Assembly (NCBI GenBank): GCA_963828735.1
Contig: CAWHFW010000005.1
Location: 1,056,001-1,120,000 of the forward strand
Direction of reading: 5' to 3'
Source of the DNA: an uncultured Gemmatimonadales bacterium
GTDB taxonomy: Bacteria; Gemmatimonadota; Gemmatimonadetes; Gemmatimonadales; GWC2-71-9
DNA: 64,000 nt
Part shown: positions 10,866 through 20,165 of the stretch, piece by piece
Layout: every line of letters starts with the position of its first letter
Position numbering within the stretch: position 1 is the first letter of the stretch
The notes under the pieces: model-generated
Databases searched by the model: none
Told to the model about the DNA's origin: nothing
The model's input: the letters and a program-made list of their open reading frames with translations, nothing else
Made by a program: the position numbers and the translations under genes

Positions 10866-11452
10866 GGAGCTCTCAGTGGGCATCGAGCGGCTGATGAAGC
10901 TGGTCATAATTCTCGACTACATGGCTGACGTGCTCGAGGTCCGGCACGGGGGACTCAAGAGATACGTCCACGATCTGCTGTCGCGTTAGTGACTTCGGCA
11001 AGGGGACTCGTTATTACAACTTGGATGCGTTGTCCAAAGGTCAGAATCTTCCTGACCCGCTAGAGGCGTGGAGTGAGCTACTCGAAAGAATAGTCAGAGA
11101 AGATCTCGATCCTGGCCGGCTCGCAGCTCTTGTTGACCAAGCTGCTGACCTAGCAGCGCGCTTAGAGTCTCATACTTATGTAGTTGCTCATGATTTGCGC
11201 AAACGCCCGCTCTCGCTGCATGACGCCTTGACTATTCCACGGCTACATGAATTTGCAGCACCACGAGCTTGTTGGGTCCTATACGAGATCTTGGTACCAC
11301 TCCGTGAGCTCGTGTTTACTGCATGGGAGCGAGCCTATTCGACGAATAGCCGGGTCTCACCAGGCGTCGCAGGAATACCGTACATGCCCGAGTTCCTTAC
11401 CTTCTTGAACTATGATCGGCGCGCCGTCCTCAAGAAGCGTCGCTGGCCTTAG
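10866..11452 (+). pseudogene. Degraded gene, possibly HEPN-like
   Basis: Fragments LSVGIERLMKLVIILDYM, YVHDLL and SDFGKGTRYYNLDAL lead into ORF 11021..11452; no intact start. Confidence 0.45.
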
Positions 11453-11874
11453 CAGCTTCAGTTCAAGCGCGGTACTCGCCGAGACCGAGCATTTACGCTC
11501 CCAGGAGCCCCTTGAGAGTGTGACGCTACCAGGATTCAGAGCATCGAGCGGGCATTCCGGTGTACGCCGGGACTGTTCCCGAGCGTGGGCTGACACTAAT
11601 AACATCATCCTGGGTCACGGTGCCCGGCGTGCAATAGTGCACTCCGGGGCAACGGTTCATGCCACGAGTGACCCGTGGCCATCTCACCGAAAAGTGGCGA
11701 AAGAAGTTCGACGAAATTGTGGCCAAGGCTCCCGTGCTCAAACAGAGACCAGATCGCCTGTAGGATCGCGAAGAGATTTCAACCCATAGCGGCTTTACTC
11801 GTCCCCGCTCGAAGTAGCACCGCTCTGCCACGTCTCGCCACAGGAGTGGCAACTAACCATCGGCACGCTACTCC

Positions 11875-12651
11875 CTACGATGCAGGGTTGGGTTCAGGTG
11901 CTGGGCTGCCTCTGCACGTGCCACAATACCGTCGGTCGACGGAGCCTCTGTAGCGGTCTTTGTTGTACCAGTATGTTTCACCCGACGCAATTACCCGCTG
12001 ACATAACGCACAGCTCCAACTCTTGCGAGCACGCGCGGAGTTGATAGCACTGCGGGCTCTGGCGAGGTCAAGCTCTCTCTGTATTGCTAGGTTAGCTGCC
12101 CGTGTCGCCATCCTCTGGGGCTCAGTAACCCTCATGTAAGTAGCCCCTACGAGCACGGGGAAGCCTAAAGCCCACAAGAGAAAGATTGCCTTCTCAGGCT
12201 CATTGTACTTGCTGTACCATCCATGAATGCAGTTCCCGTGTGTACACCCATCTGCAACCGCTTGATTCAGGACAGAGCAGCCAGCAAAGTAGATGAGTGC
12301 CACAAGCGCTGCGCCTACACGGAGGATACCCACCTTGTGCCGGCGCCAAAGGACAACAACCAGGCAGTAAAGCACAAGGAGCGCACAGAGAGCGAGGGTG
12401 ATCAAAAGCAGCATGTCTAAGGCGCGTTGTGGTAGGTGTGGGACGAACTGCAGCTTAGGGTAAGGAAGAGGCAGCAAGTGTTCGCCGTAATCATCCGTGG
12501 CAGTGTTCAAATAATAGATAAGCAGGGCCCCGAGAAGTATTCGGGTTGTCCACAGAGTTGGCGGCTGCCACCGATCCTTGACGATGACTCGGCTACCTTT
12601 CCGAGGCGCCTCAGCAGGCCCCAGTTGCAGATGAAACATCTTGCATTTCAC
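11875..12651 (-). CDS. Membrane protein with C-terminal CxxC...CxxC zinc ribbon
   Basis: About 4 hydrophobic segments; CALC...CGTC; lower GC; start uncertain. Confidence 0.55.
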   Translation of the reverse strand: MKCKMFHLQLGPAEAPRKGSRVIVKDRWQPPTLWTTRILLGALLIYYLNTATDDYGEHLLPLPYPKLQFVPHLPQRALDMLLLITLALCALLVLYCLVVVLWRRHKVGILRVGAALVALIYFAGCSVLNQAVADGCTHGNCIHGWYSKYNEPEKAIFLLWALGFPVLVGATYMRVTEPQRMATRAANLAIQRELDLARARSAINSARARKSWSCALCQRVIASGETYWYNKDRYRGSVDRRYCGTCRGSPAPEPNPAS

Positions 12652-12977
12652 AACCCATCATCTCAGCAGTGTTCAGCTTCTACCGCTGAATCTAGATGTC
12701 CGCAACTGACCCGCTTGCAGAGCTGTGAGCGAGAAAGGGGTCTGAGCAACCGTGGTCCCACCAAGGATGCCCTCACCCACAGTCAGAAGAATGCGAATAA
12801 CCTTTATCTTGGCAGCACTGATCGTGGCGCCCGAATCGCGTCGATGAGACATCCCTAGACCGAGAGCTGTATATGCGACAAGGCCTTAGCGGCGGCGCGG
12901 GTTTGTGCCAGGCCGTCATGTAGTTGCCCTGACCTGTGCTGCACTACTTCAGCGTAGTACAACACCAGCAGCTGGCT

Positions 12978-13060
12978 GGGTGAACTGAGCGCTATCTCTA
13001 TCTCTTAACCCCTCAGAATAATGGGGGGTGAAGAGATAGACGGGCCCGCTCGGTTCACCC
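12978..13060 (+). repeat. Site S2 inside an 83-bp imperfect palindrome (attP-like junction)
   Basis: GGGTGAAC...TCTATCTC-TTAACCCCTCA-GAATAA-TGGGGGGTGAA-GAGATAGA...GTTCACCC; core 13005..13032. Confidence 0.8.
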
Positions 13061-13208
13061 TCTCGGCCGTCCCTCCGATTGACCGGTGAGGAGCAGAGGG
13101 AGTCGGCCCAGTTCACCTCAATGGCTGACGTCGGCTCTCGGCACAAAGACTTGCTAGCAATCCGCCGCAGCCGGGGCCACATTCCAGGCGTCTCCACCCG
13201 GCAGTCCC

Positions 13209-15878
13209 GTGACCGCAGCCGACTCGCCGTTCGCCGAGGCCCTCAAGGACCGCTACATCATCGAGCGCGAGCTCGGGCGCGGCGGCATGGCGACCGTGTA
13301 CCTGGCGCGCGATCTCCGGCATCGCCGGCCCGTGGCACTCAAGGTTCTCCACCCTGAGCTCGCTCATGCGCTCGGGCCGGAGCGCTTCGAGCGCGAGATC
13401 GAGACCGCCGCCCGGCTCCAGCACCCCCACATCCTCACCGTACTCGACTCAGGCGAGGCCGCAGCGCGGCTCTGGTTCACGATGCCTTACGTCGAGGGCG
13501 AGAGCCTGCGCGACCGGCTTCGCCGGGAGAAGCAGCTCCCGGTGGACGAGGCCGTGCGGATCACGCGCGAGGCGGCCCAGGCGCTCGACTACGCCCACCG
13601 CCACGGCGTCATCCACCGCGACGTGAAGCCAGAGAACCTGCTGCTCACCGAGGACGGGAACACCCTGGTGGCCGACTTCGGGGTCGCCCGCGCGCTCGCG
13701 GGAGGGGAGGAGGCGCTCACCCAGACAGGGCTCGCCGTGGGCACCCCCGCCTACATGAGCCCCGAGCAGGCCAGCGGCGCCCGCGACCTCGATGCGCGGA
13801 CTGACGTGTACGCCCTGGCGACCGTCCTTTATGAGATGCTCGCCGGTGAGCCGCCGTTCGCCGGGCCCACCCCGCAGGCCGCCGTCGCCCGCCGCTTCAC
13901 CGAGGCCCCTCGGCCGCTACGCCAGGTGCGCGAGACGGTGCCCGAGGCGGTCGAGCATGCTGTCCTGAAGGCGCTGGCCAAGGCGCCGGCCGACCGGTTC
14001 CCAAGCGCGGCCGAGTTCGCCCGCGCCCTCAACACGCCCGCAGTGCCGGCGCCGTTAGGTGCGTCGGCGGCAGTCACGGCGCAGGCACCGGGTGCGGCCA
14101 CCCCTCGGCCTGCGCCACGCCGTCGCGTGCCCCCGGCGGCTGTGACGCTCGGACTCGGGATCCTGATCGGGCTCGGGGTGCTGTTCGGCTGGCTGCGCAG
14201 CCACGGTTCGGGGAACGTAGACAGGGGCGGCCCCGGCGTGAAGAGCCTCGCCGTCTTGCCCTTCGAGAACCTCGGCCCCGCGCAAGACGAGTATTTCGCC
14301 GACGGCGTCGCCGACGCGATCCGGGGCAAGCTGGCCGCGCTGCCGGCCCTCCAGATCACGGCCTCCAGCAGCTCGGGCGAGTACAAGGGGACGACGAAGC
14401 GCCCGGAGCAGATCGGGCGGGAACTCGGCGTCGACTACCTCCTCGTGGGCAAGGTGCGCTGGCAGAAGGGGAGCCAGGGCGGGCAGAACCGGGTCGAAGT
14501 GAGGCCCGAGCTGGTCCAGGTGCGCACCGCCTCGACCAAGTGGCAGGAGCCCTTCGACGCCGCGCTCACCGACGTCTTCCAGGTGCAGGCCGACGTGGCC
14601 GCGCGCGTCGCCCAGGCGCTTGGCGTGGCGCTCGGTGCGGGCGAGCGACGGCAGCTAGACGAGAAGCCGACGGCGAACCTGGCCGCCTACGACGCCTTTC
14701 TCCGGGGCGAGGAGGCCGCGGACCGGGTGGCCACGGGCAACCCCCTCCGGCTCCGCCGGGCGGTGGCGTTCTACGAGCAGGCGGTAGCCCTCGATTCGGC
14801 CTTCGCCCTGGCCTGGGCCCAACTCTCGCGCGCGCAGTCGCTCCTCTACGCCAACAGCTCCCCCAGTCCCGCCACCGGTGCCGCGGCCCGTCTGGCGGCC
14901 GAGCGGGCGCTCGCGTTGGCGCCTGGCCGGCCGGAGAGCTATCACGCCCTCTGCGACTATTACGGCTCCGTGGTGCAGGACTTCACGCGGTCGCTTGCCG
15001 AGTGTGCGCGGGGGCAGCGCCTGGAACCCCGCAATGCAGAGCTGCTCAGCGGCTTGGCCGTGACGGAGTCCTCCCTCGGGAGATGGGACGACGCGCTCGG
15101 GCACCTGCGCGAGGCGGTCGCCCTGGATCCGCGTGGGAACAACCCCATGCGGCGGCTCGCCCGCACCTTGCTCTGGCTCCGCCGGTACCCCGAGGCGCTC
15201 GAAACCGCCCGCCGGTCTATCGCGCTCTCGCCGACCGACCCCGGACGGTATCAGACGGAAGCCATGGTGCACCTAGCCCGTGGCGACCTGCCAAGGGCCC
15301 GGGCCGTGCTCCGCGGCGTGCCCGAGGAGGTCGAGCCGACCAACTTGGTGGCCGGCCTGGCCGACTTCTGGGACCTCTACTGGGTGCTCGACGAGGGGCA
15401 GCAACAGTTGCTTCTACGCCTCACGCCGACCGCTTTCGACGACAACCGGGGCGCCTGGGGCTTGGCGCTTGCCGAGACCTACGCGCTGCGGGGTGACTCC
15501 GCCCGGGCCCACGTCTACGCGGACTCGGCCCGGCTCGCCTATGCAGAACAGTTGCGTGCCACCCCCCAGGACGCCCAGCTCCACGCGCTCCATGGCGTCG
15601 CGCTCGCTTACCTGGGCCGCACGGCCGAGGCGATCCAAGAGGGTGAGCGTGGCCTAGCGCTCCTGCCGATCACGAAGGACGCGTACAGCGGTGCCTACAA
15701 CCAGCACCTGCTCGCCCGCATTTACCTGCTCGTGGGCGAGCCCGAGCAGGCACTCGACCGACTCGAGCCGCTCCTGAAGATCCCCTACTACTTGTCGCCC
15801 GGCTGGCTCCGGATTGATCCCACCTTCGCCCCGCTCCAACGCAACCCGCGCTTCGAGCGGCTAGCAGCGGGGAAGTAG
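13209..15878 (+). CDS. Membrane Ser/Thr protein kinase with TolB-N-like and TPR domains
   Basis: ELGRGGMATVY, HRDVKPEN, DFG, TM, SLAVLPFENL, TPR repeats, LRIDPTFAPL. Confidence 0.93.
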   Translation: MTAADSPFAEALKDRYIIERELGRGGMATVYLARDLRHRRPVALKVLHPELAHALGPERFEREIETAARLQHPHILTVLDSGEAAARLWFTMPYVEGESLRDRLRREKQLPVDEAVRITREAAQALDYAHRHGVIHRDVKPENLLLTEDGNTLVADFGVARALAGGEEALTQTGLAVGTPAYMSPEQASGARDLDARTDVYALATVLYEMLAGEPPFAGPTPQAAVARRFTEAPRPLRQVRETVPEAVEHAVLKALAKAPADRFPSAAEFARALNTPAVPAPLGASAAVTAQAPGAATPRPAPRRRVPPAAVTLGLGILIGLGVLFGWLRSHGSGNVDRGGPGVKSLAVLPFENLGPAQDEYFADGVADAIRGKLAALPALQITASSSSGEYKGTTKRPEQIGRELGVDYLLVGKVRWQKGSQGGQNRVEVRPELVQVRTASTKWQEPFDAALTDVFQVQADVAARVAQALGVALGAGERRQLDEKPTANLAAYDAFLRGEEAADRVATGNPLRLRRAVAFYEQAVALDSAFALAWAQLSRAQSLLYANSSPSPATGAAARLAAERALALAPGRPESYHALCDYYGSVVQDFTRSLAECARGQRLEPRNAELLSGLAVTESSLGRWDDALGHLREAVALDPRGNNPMRRLARTLLWLRRYPEALETARRSIALSPTDPGRYQTEAMVHLARGDLPRARAVLRGVPEEVEPTNLVAGLADFWDLYWVLDEGQQQLLLRLTPTAFDDNRGAWGLALAETYALRGDSARAHVYADSARLAYAEQLRATPQDAQLHALHGVALAYLGRTAEAIQEGERGLALLPITKDAYSGAYNQHLLARIYLLVGEPEQALDRLEPLLKIPYYLSPGWLRIDPTFAPLQRNPRFERLAAGK

Positions 15879-16029
15879 CGGGGCCGCCGTGCGATGCGTA
15901 AAGCGTCGTGAGTCCGTCTGGCGTCCTCGGCGAGTCCCAGACCCCGCTCGGCAGCCTTCTCACCCGCCGGATCCATCCCACTGTTCACATGGCAGTCAAC
16001 CACTCTGAAGGCAGATCTAAGCCCGAGGA

Positions 16030-16086
16030 AAGGTGAACAGCCCGGCTCTATCTCTCTCTTAACCCCTCAGAATAATGGGGGGTTAA
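16030..16086 (+). repeat. Site S3 (attR-like)
   Basis: AAGGTGAAC...CTCTATCTCTCTC-TTAACCCCTCA-GAATAA-TGGGGGGTTAA-GAGCAAGGGC; core 16059..16086. Confidence 0.78.
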
Positions 16087-16159
16087 GAGCAAGGGCGAGG
16101 CTTCGGATAGGCGACCTGCGGCCGCTTTCTTCGATGCCCTTGCAGCTCAACTCTATCCG

Positions 16160-17020
16160 TTAGGCAGCGCCGCCGGCCGCAACGTACGACGCGCCACTCC
16201 TCGCAACCTCTTCACGGAATGCACCGAGGCGCTGGTTGAACTGTGCGGCATCGTCCCAGAACGCGGCATGACCTGCGTCGGGCATGACGTCAACCTGCGC
16301 GTGCGGCAGCCCCGCGCGGTGTTGCGCGACGACCTCCTGTCTGACGACCGCGTCGAGCGCGCCATGCGTGATCAATACGGGCTTCATGATGGTCGGCAGG
16401 AGGTCGTCGTTGTCGACGACGCGCGTCAGCAGCGCCTGACGGACGAACGGCGGCACGGACACGTTGAAGCCCAGCATCGTGTACAGATCCGACGCCTCCG
16501 GCTCGCGGGCGAAGCACAGGTGCAGCAGCGCCTCGAGGCCGCGCACGCTCTCGCCCACCTCACCCGAGAAGAGCCCGGGCAGGAGGGCAAGGAACTCCGC
16601 CGAGAGCACCGCCGCGGCCGCTTCGCTGCCGAGCTTCGTGACCGCGCCCACCAGGTGAATCCCGCCGATCCGCTCCTCGCCGTAGTGCCGGATGTAGTCG
16701 AGGATGACGAGCGGCCCGTACGACCAGCCGCAGAGAATCGGTCGGTCGAGCTCCAGCTCCCTGATGGCGGTGTCGACGTCGGCCGCCCAAAGCCTCGAGT
16801 CATCGTAGCCGTCGTGCGGCCGCTCCGACGAGCCGTGGCCACGCAGGTCCATGGCGACAAGGCGGTACCGGTGCGCGAGCTCGGAGCGCATTTGCCGGTC
16901 CCAGGTGAGCCAGCTCTGTGAGCAGCCGTGGAGAAACAGGATCGATGGACCGCGTGGCTCTCCCGCTTCGACGAGGTGGAGCCGAGTGCCTCCTCCGCCG
17001 ATGCACGTGTGGTGCTTCAT
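16160..17020 (-). CDS. Alpha/beta hydrolase (non-heme haloperoxidase-like)
   Basis: LFLHG, DLRGHGSS, GWSYG nucleophile elbow, HGALD, AGHAAFWD. Confidence 0.9.
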   Translation of the reverse strand: MKHHTCIGGGGTRLHLVEAGEPRGPSILFLHGCSQSWLTWDRQMRSELAHRYRLVAMDLRGHGSSERPHDGYDDSRLWAADVDTAIRELELDRPILCGWSYGPLVILDYIRHYGEERIGGIHLVGAVTKLGSEAAAAVLSAEFLALLPGLFSGEVGESVRGLEALLHLCFAREPEASDLYTMLGFNVSVPPFVRQALLTRVVDNDDLLPTIMKPVLITHGALDAVVRQEVVAQHRAGLPHAQVDVMPDAGHAAFWDDAAQFNQRLGAFREEVARSGASYVAAGGAA

Positions 17021-17169
17021 CAGTCTCCTCCGCTTCGGATTGCCGTTCTGATCACCGCACTGGGTTACCGCGACCGATGCCCGCGGCGTGGCGCATCGGC
17101 ATTGAGATAATGACCGGCCCGCGATACGTTGGGATCGGACGAACCGTCCTATACGCGGAGGGCCCCGCC

Positions 17170-17976
17170 ATGGGCCTGGCGATGCGACAAGTGGATCTCG
17201 AGCGGCTCGATCGTGCGCTGACCACCATCCTGTCGCCGCTCGCGCACCAGCACTGCGACGACTGGTGTCTCGCCGTCGAGTCGTCAGTCGCGGAGCTGCT
17301 CGACGGCGATCACGTCGTGTTCGGGTTGCCCCGCGCCGGCGTGCCGATGCACGTCCATTCCATGAACGTGGCGGCGAAGCCGCAGCGCGCGATCCAGACG
17401 CTCTTCGGCAGGCTGCCGGACCTGCCGCCGGATCCTTGGCTTCAGAGTGCTGAGCGCGAGCGGCTGCGCTCTGGCGCTGAGGTGTGGAGTCGGGTCCGTG
17501 CATTCCGGCGGGCGGCCGCTGGGCAGCCGGCGGCACTACGGCGCTCGGCCTTCCTCGGCGAGGTCCTCACGCCCGGCCGGATATACGACAGCGAGAACAT
17601 CGACTGGCCTGTCGCCGACGGACACACCGCGCTGTGCATCTCGTACAGCAACGTCGAGACGTCTGTTCGTTCGCGCCGGGCGAGCCCAAGACATGCAGCG
17701 GGAGCGCTGCTCCGACTACTGCTCCCCACGCTCAAGGTGGGAGTCACCATGCGTCTCGCGCGTGACCGCGAGGTCGCGTCGGAGCTGACACTCGGACGGT
17801 TCGGGCTGACCAGGCGTGAGGCGCAGATCGCGCGTCTGCTCGCGCGCCGAGCGACGAACAGGGAGATCGCCGATCAGCTCGACGTGAGCCCGCACACCGT
17901 GCGGCATCATGTCGAGAATATTTTCGCGAAGCTCGGCATCCATTCGCGCCGCTCCATCGCCTCGCAGTTCGCGTGA
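17170..17976 (+). CDS. LuxR-family HTH transcriptional regulator, divergent from the hydrolase
   Basis: GLTRREAQIARLL...TNREIADQLDVSPHTVRHHVENIFAKLG. Confidence 0.85.
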   Translation: MGLAMRQVDLERLDRALTTILSPLAHQHCDDWCLAVESSVAELLDGDHVVFGLPRAGVPMHVHSMNVAAKPQRAIQTLFGRLPDLPPDPWLQSAERERLRSGAEVWSRVRAFRRAAAGQPAALRRSAFLGEVLTPGRIYDSENIDWPVADGHTALCISYSNVETSVRSRRASPRHAAGALLRLLLPTLKVGVTMRLARDREVASELTLGRFGLTRREAQIARLLARRATNREIADQLDVSPHTVRHHVENIFAKLGIHSRRSIASQFA

Positions 17977-18268
17977 CCGAGCGACGCGAGCTCCCGACAT
18001 GCTCCGGCTGCAGGGCTTGTCTGTAGTGGACGGATACCTGATGGTATCCGCGAAATATTTGGGGGTGACATACGGCGATGTGGACGCGAGCCTGCGAGCT
18101 CGGATGGCACGGGTACGTGGTCCTTCTATACGTCACCTAGGCTAGTCCGCAGTTGGAACTCAAGTTAGCAAAGCTGCTTCAGGCTAATCACACCATCTAC
18201 TCGGCCAGTCATGCGGAGCAGCTACTTGCAAGCCGCACGCCCCCACCTAGCGTACCCATGCTAGAGGC

Positions 18269-18379
18269 GGAAACGCATGTCACTCAATGAGTGCTATCAC
18301 CGTCCATTCGTTGGCCCAACGGGCTCATGAAGGCGTACAAGAGCCTTCGACCATCCCTCAGAATAATGGGGGTTAAGAG
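18269..18379 (+). repeat. ~110-bp direct repeat, copy 2, containing site S4 (attB-like, core 18350..18376)
   Basis: Matches 6368..6479; ACCATCCCTCA-GAATAA-TGGGGGTTAA-GAGCAGAGGGC. Confidence 0.88.
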
Positions 18380-18407
18380 CAGAGGGCACCGGCGATTCGC
18401 CCCTTCA

Positions 18408-18435
18408 ACCATCCTTCATTCCTTTGGAGGCTCCG
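18408..18435 (+). repeat. Site S5 (spacer variant TTCCTT)
   Basis: ACCATCCTTCA-TTCCTT-TGGAGGCTCCG; CCTTCATTCCTTTGGAGG identical to S6. Confidence 0.65.
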
Positions 18436-18698
18436 GCATTCTCTGGATTCTTGTCTGGGTTCGGACTCGGGTTCTGCCCCGGATTCTGGTGCGGATTCTC
18501 CGCCGCGGATTTCTTTGCCGGAGCAACCCCCTCGATCCCGGTCGCCCGTGGAAAGCTTCGCTGATGGAGCGCTAATTCGCCTGCCACTTCGTCCGCTGAA
18601 TCACTGGGCGCGTCGGTCGGCTTCCAGCCGGGTTCTAGGCAGGACATCTCGTGTAATCCTGCCATCCAGCTGTAGAATCCGGCGAAGTTAGGAGCTCG

Positions 18699-19535
18699 TT
18701 AGCTGCCTTCGAGGGCACCGATCCGCTCCGCAATGGCCTGGTTCCACTCCTTCCCATCAGCGCCATGATGGACCCGCCGATGGCAGGTGGGACAGAGCGC
18801 AGCCACCCATCGTGGATGGTCCGGTCCTCCGTCCGCGAGGCGGCGGATATGGTGTGGCTCCAGGTAGGGTTGCTTGGCGGGGTCAAGAAAGGAGCTGCTT
18901 CACCGCAGCCCTCGCACATGCCGCTGGCGCGCTTCCGAACATAGATCCGCACGGCCTCACTGCGCCGTCGCACAATGGTCCGTCGTTCTTTCGCTGTGGC
19001 ACTTCCTGAGGCTCCAGCGAGGGCGGCCACCCGGAGCTCGGCTAAGATCGCGGCCGCGGAGGTCCGGGCTTGGCCGCTCCGCATCCACTCGAAGATCGGG
19101 AACGACCGCTTCCGGCTCGCGATCGTTTAGCGCCAGCTCAAAGACTAGGGCACGACGAAGCGTTCCATTGCGATCCGGCGCCGTGGCGTCGTGAACGCCC
19201 AGGTAGGCCGCCTCACCGAGGTAGCGGACCCAGCCAGTGCGTATGGACTCAAAGAGATGAAGTGTTTTGCCCTCGGCTTCGTGGTCCCGAATCGCCCGGT
19301 TGCCTCGGACCATCTCCATATCGCCGACCTGACCCTCACCCGTATACCAGAACGTCCCGTCCTCCTGGAATCCATCGCTGTACCCGTACTGTTCGCCGGA
19401 TTCACCGGTGAAGAGCAGGAGGATCGGAAAGCGTTGGGGCGTGCTGATACCGCCCTGGCGCTGGCCCCCGTACTTGGCGTGGAGGTCGCGCCGACGATAC
19501 TCCGCCCCGATCGTGAACTGACGCGCGTCAGGCAT
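18699..19535 (-). CDS. SRA-like/HNH endonuclease, McrA-type (two frameshifts, near 19060 and 18880)
   Basis: GGQRQGGIS...YGYSDG...YTGEGQVGDM N-domain; CEGC...PYLEPHHIRRLADGGPDHP...ALCPTCHRRVH across frames. Confidence 0.75.
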
Positions 19536-19926
19536 GCCGATTCAGCAGGTGCATGGCGAAGGCTCGATCAGTTGGGGCCAGTTCGTACTCTAGCAATTCG
19601 GAGCGCGGAACCCAGGCTACCGCGTCGTGCTCGAGCGCCTGCGGCTCGCCCACGGCGGCTACCTCCGCGAACTGGATCAGGAACTCGGATCCGGGGTCCT
19701 GCCGCTCGAAGAGGATCGCTCCTATGCTCTCCACTTGAAGCCCGAGCTCCTCTGCAAGTTCACGCTTGGCGGCTGCTAAATGATCCTCGTCATAGGCTAA
19801 CTTACCGCCTGGAAATTCCCAGAGTCCACCGTGGCGTTTACTTCTGGGCCGTTTCGCGAGCAGCACACAACTGTCTCGCGCGACGACGGCAGCAAGAACT
19901 CGGACAACAGGCGATTGCTGTCTCAC
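19528..19926 (-). CDS. NUDIX hydrolase (MutT/NudG-like)
   Basis: WEFPGGK...AAAKRELAEELG Nudix box; overlaps the HNH start. Confidence 0.85.
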   Translation of the reverse strand: MRQQSPVVRVLAAVVARDSCVLLAKRPRSKRHGGLWEFPGGKLAYDEDHLAAAKRELAEELGLQVESIGAILFERQDPGSEFLIQFAEVAAVGEPQALEHDAVAWVPRSELLEYELAPTDRAFAMHLLNRHA

Positions 19927-20165
19927 GGAGCGTGCTTCCTTCAATATGGAATGCCAACTCGTGGCTACGACTGGGGGCATGAACTTGGCGCAGGTCAACG
20001 TCGGGGAAGCCCCCCAGAATCTATCCGATCCCAAGCCAGATGAGCTCAGGTTGGCTCTGTGGACAGGGAAGTGGGCAGCGGCCGAAATCACGAGCTTGGC
20101 GTTCGAGCCATCCTACCCTCCCGCTTCTACCGCTCGAATGTTTCGGCCAAGATTGGCTACGCCAC

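Noticed and set aside
12978..13060. Palindrome as an intrinsic terminator or full attC
   Set aside because: It lies between divergent genes and has no U-tract; other copies have only half the palindrome; outer ends lack RYYYAAC/GTTRRRY
6449..18376. Repeated CCCTCAGAATAATGGGGG as a CRISPR array
   Set aside because: Copies are kilobases apart with genes between them; no regular spacers and no cas genes
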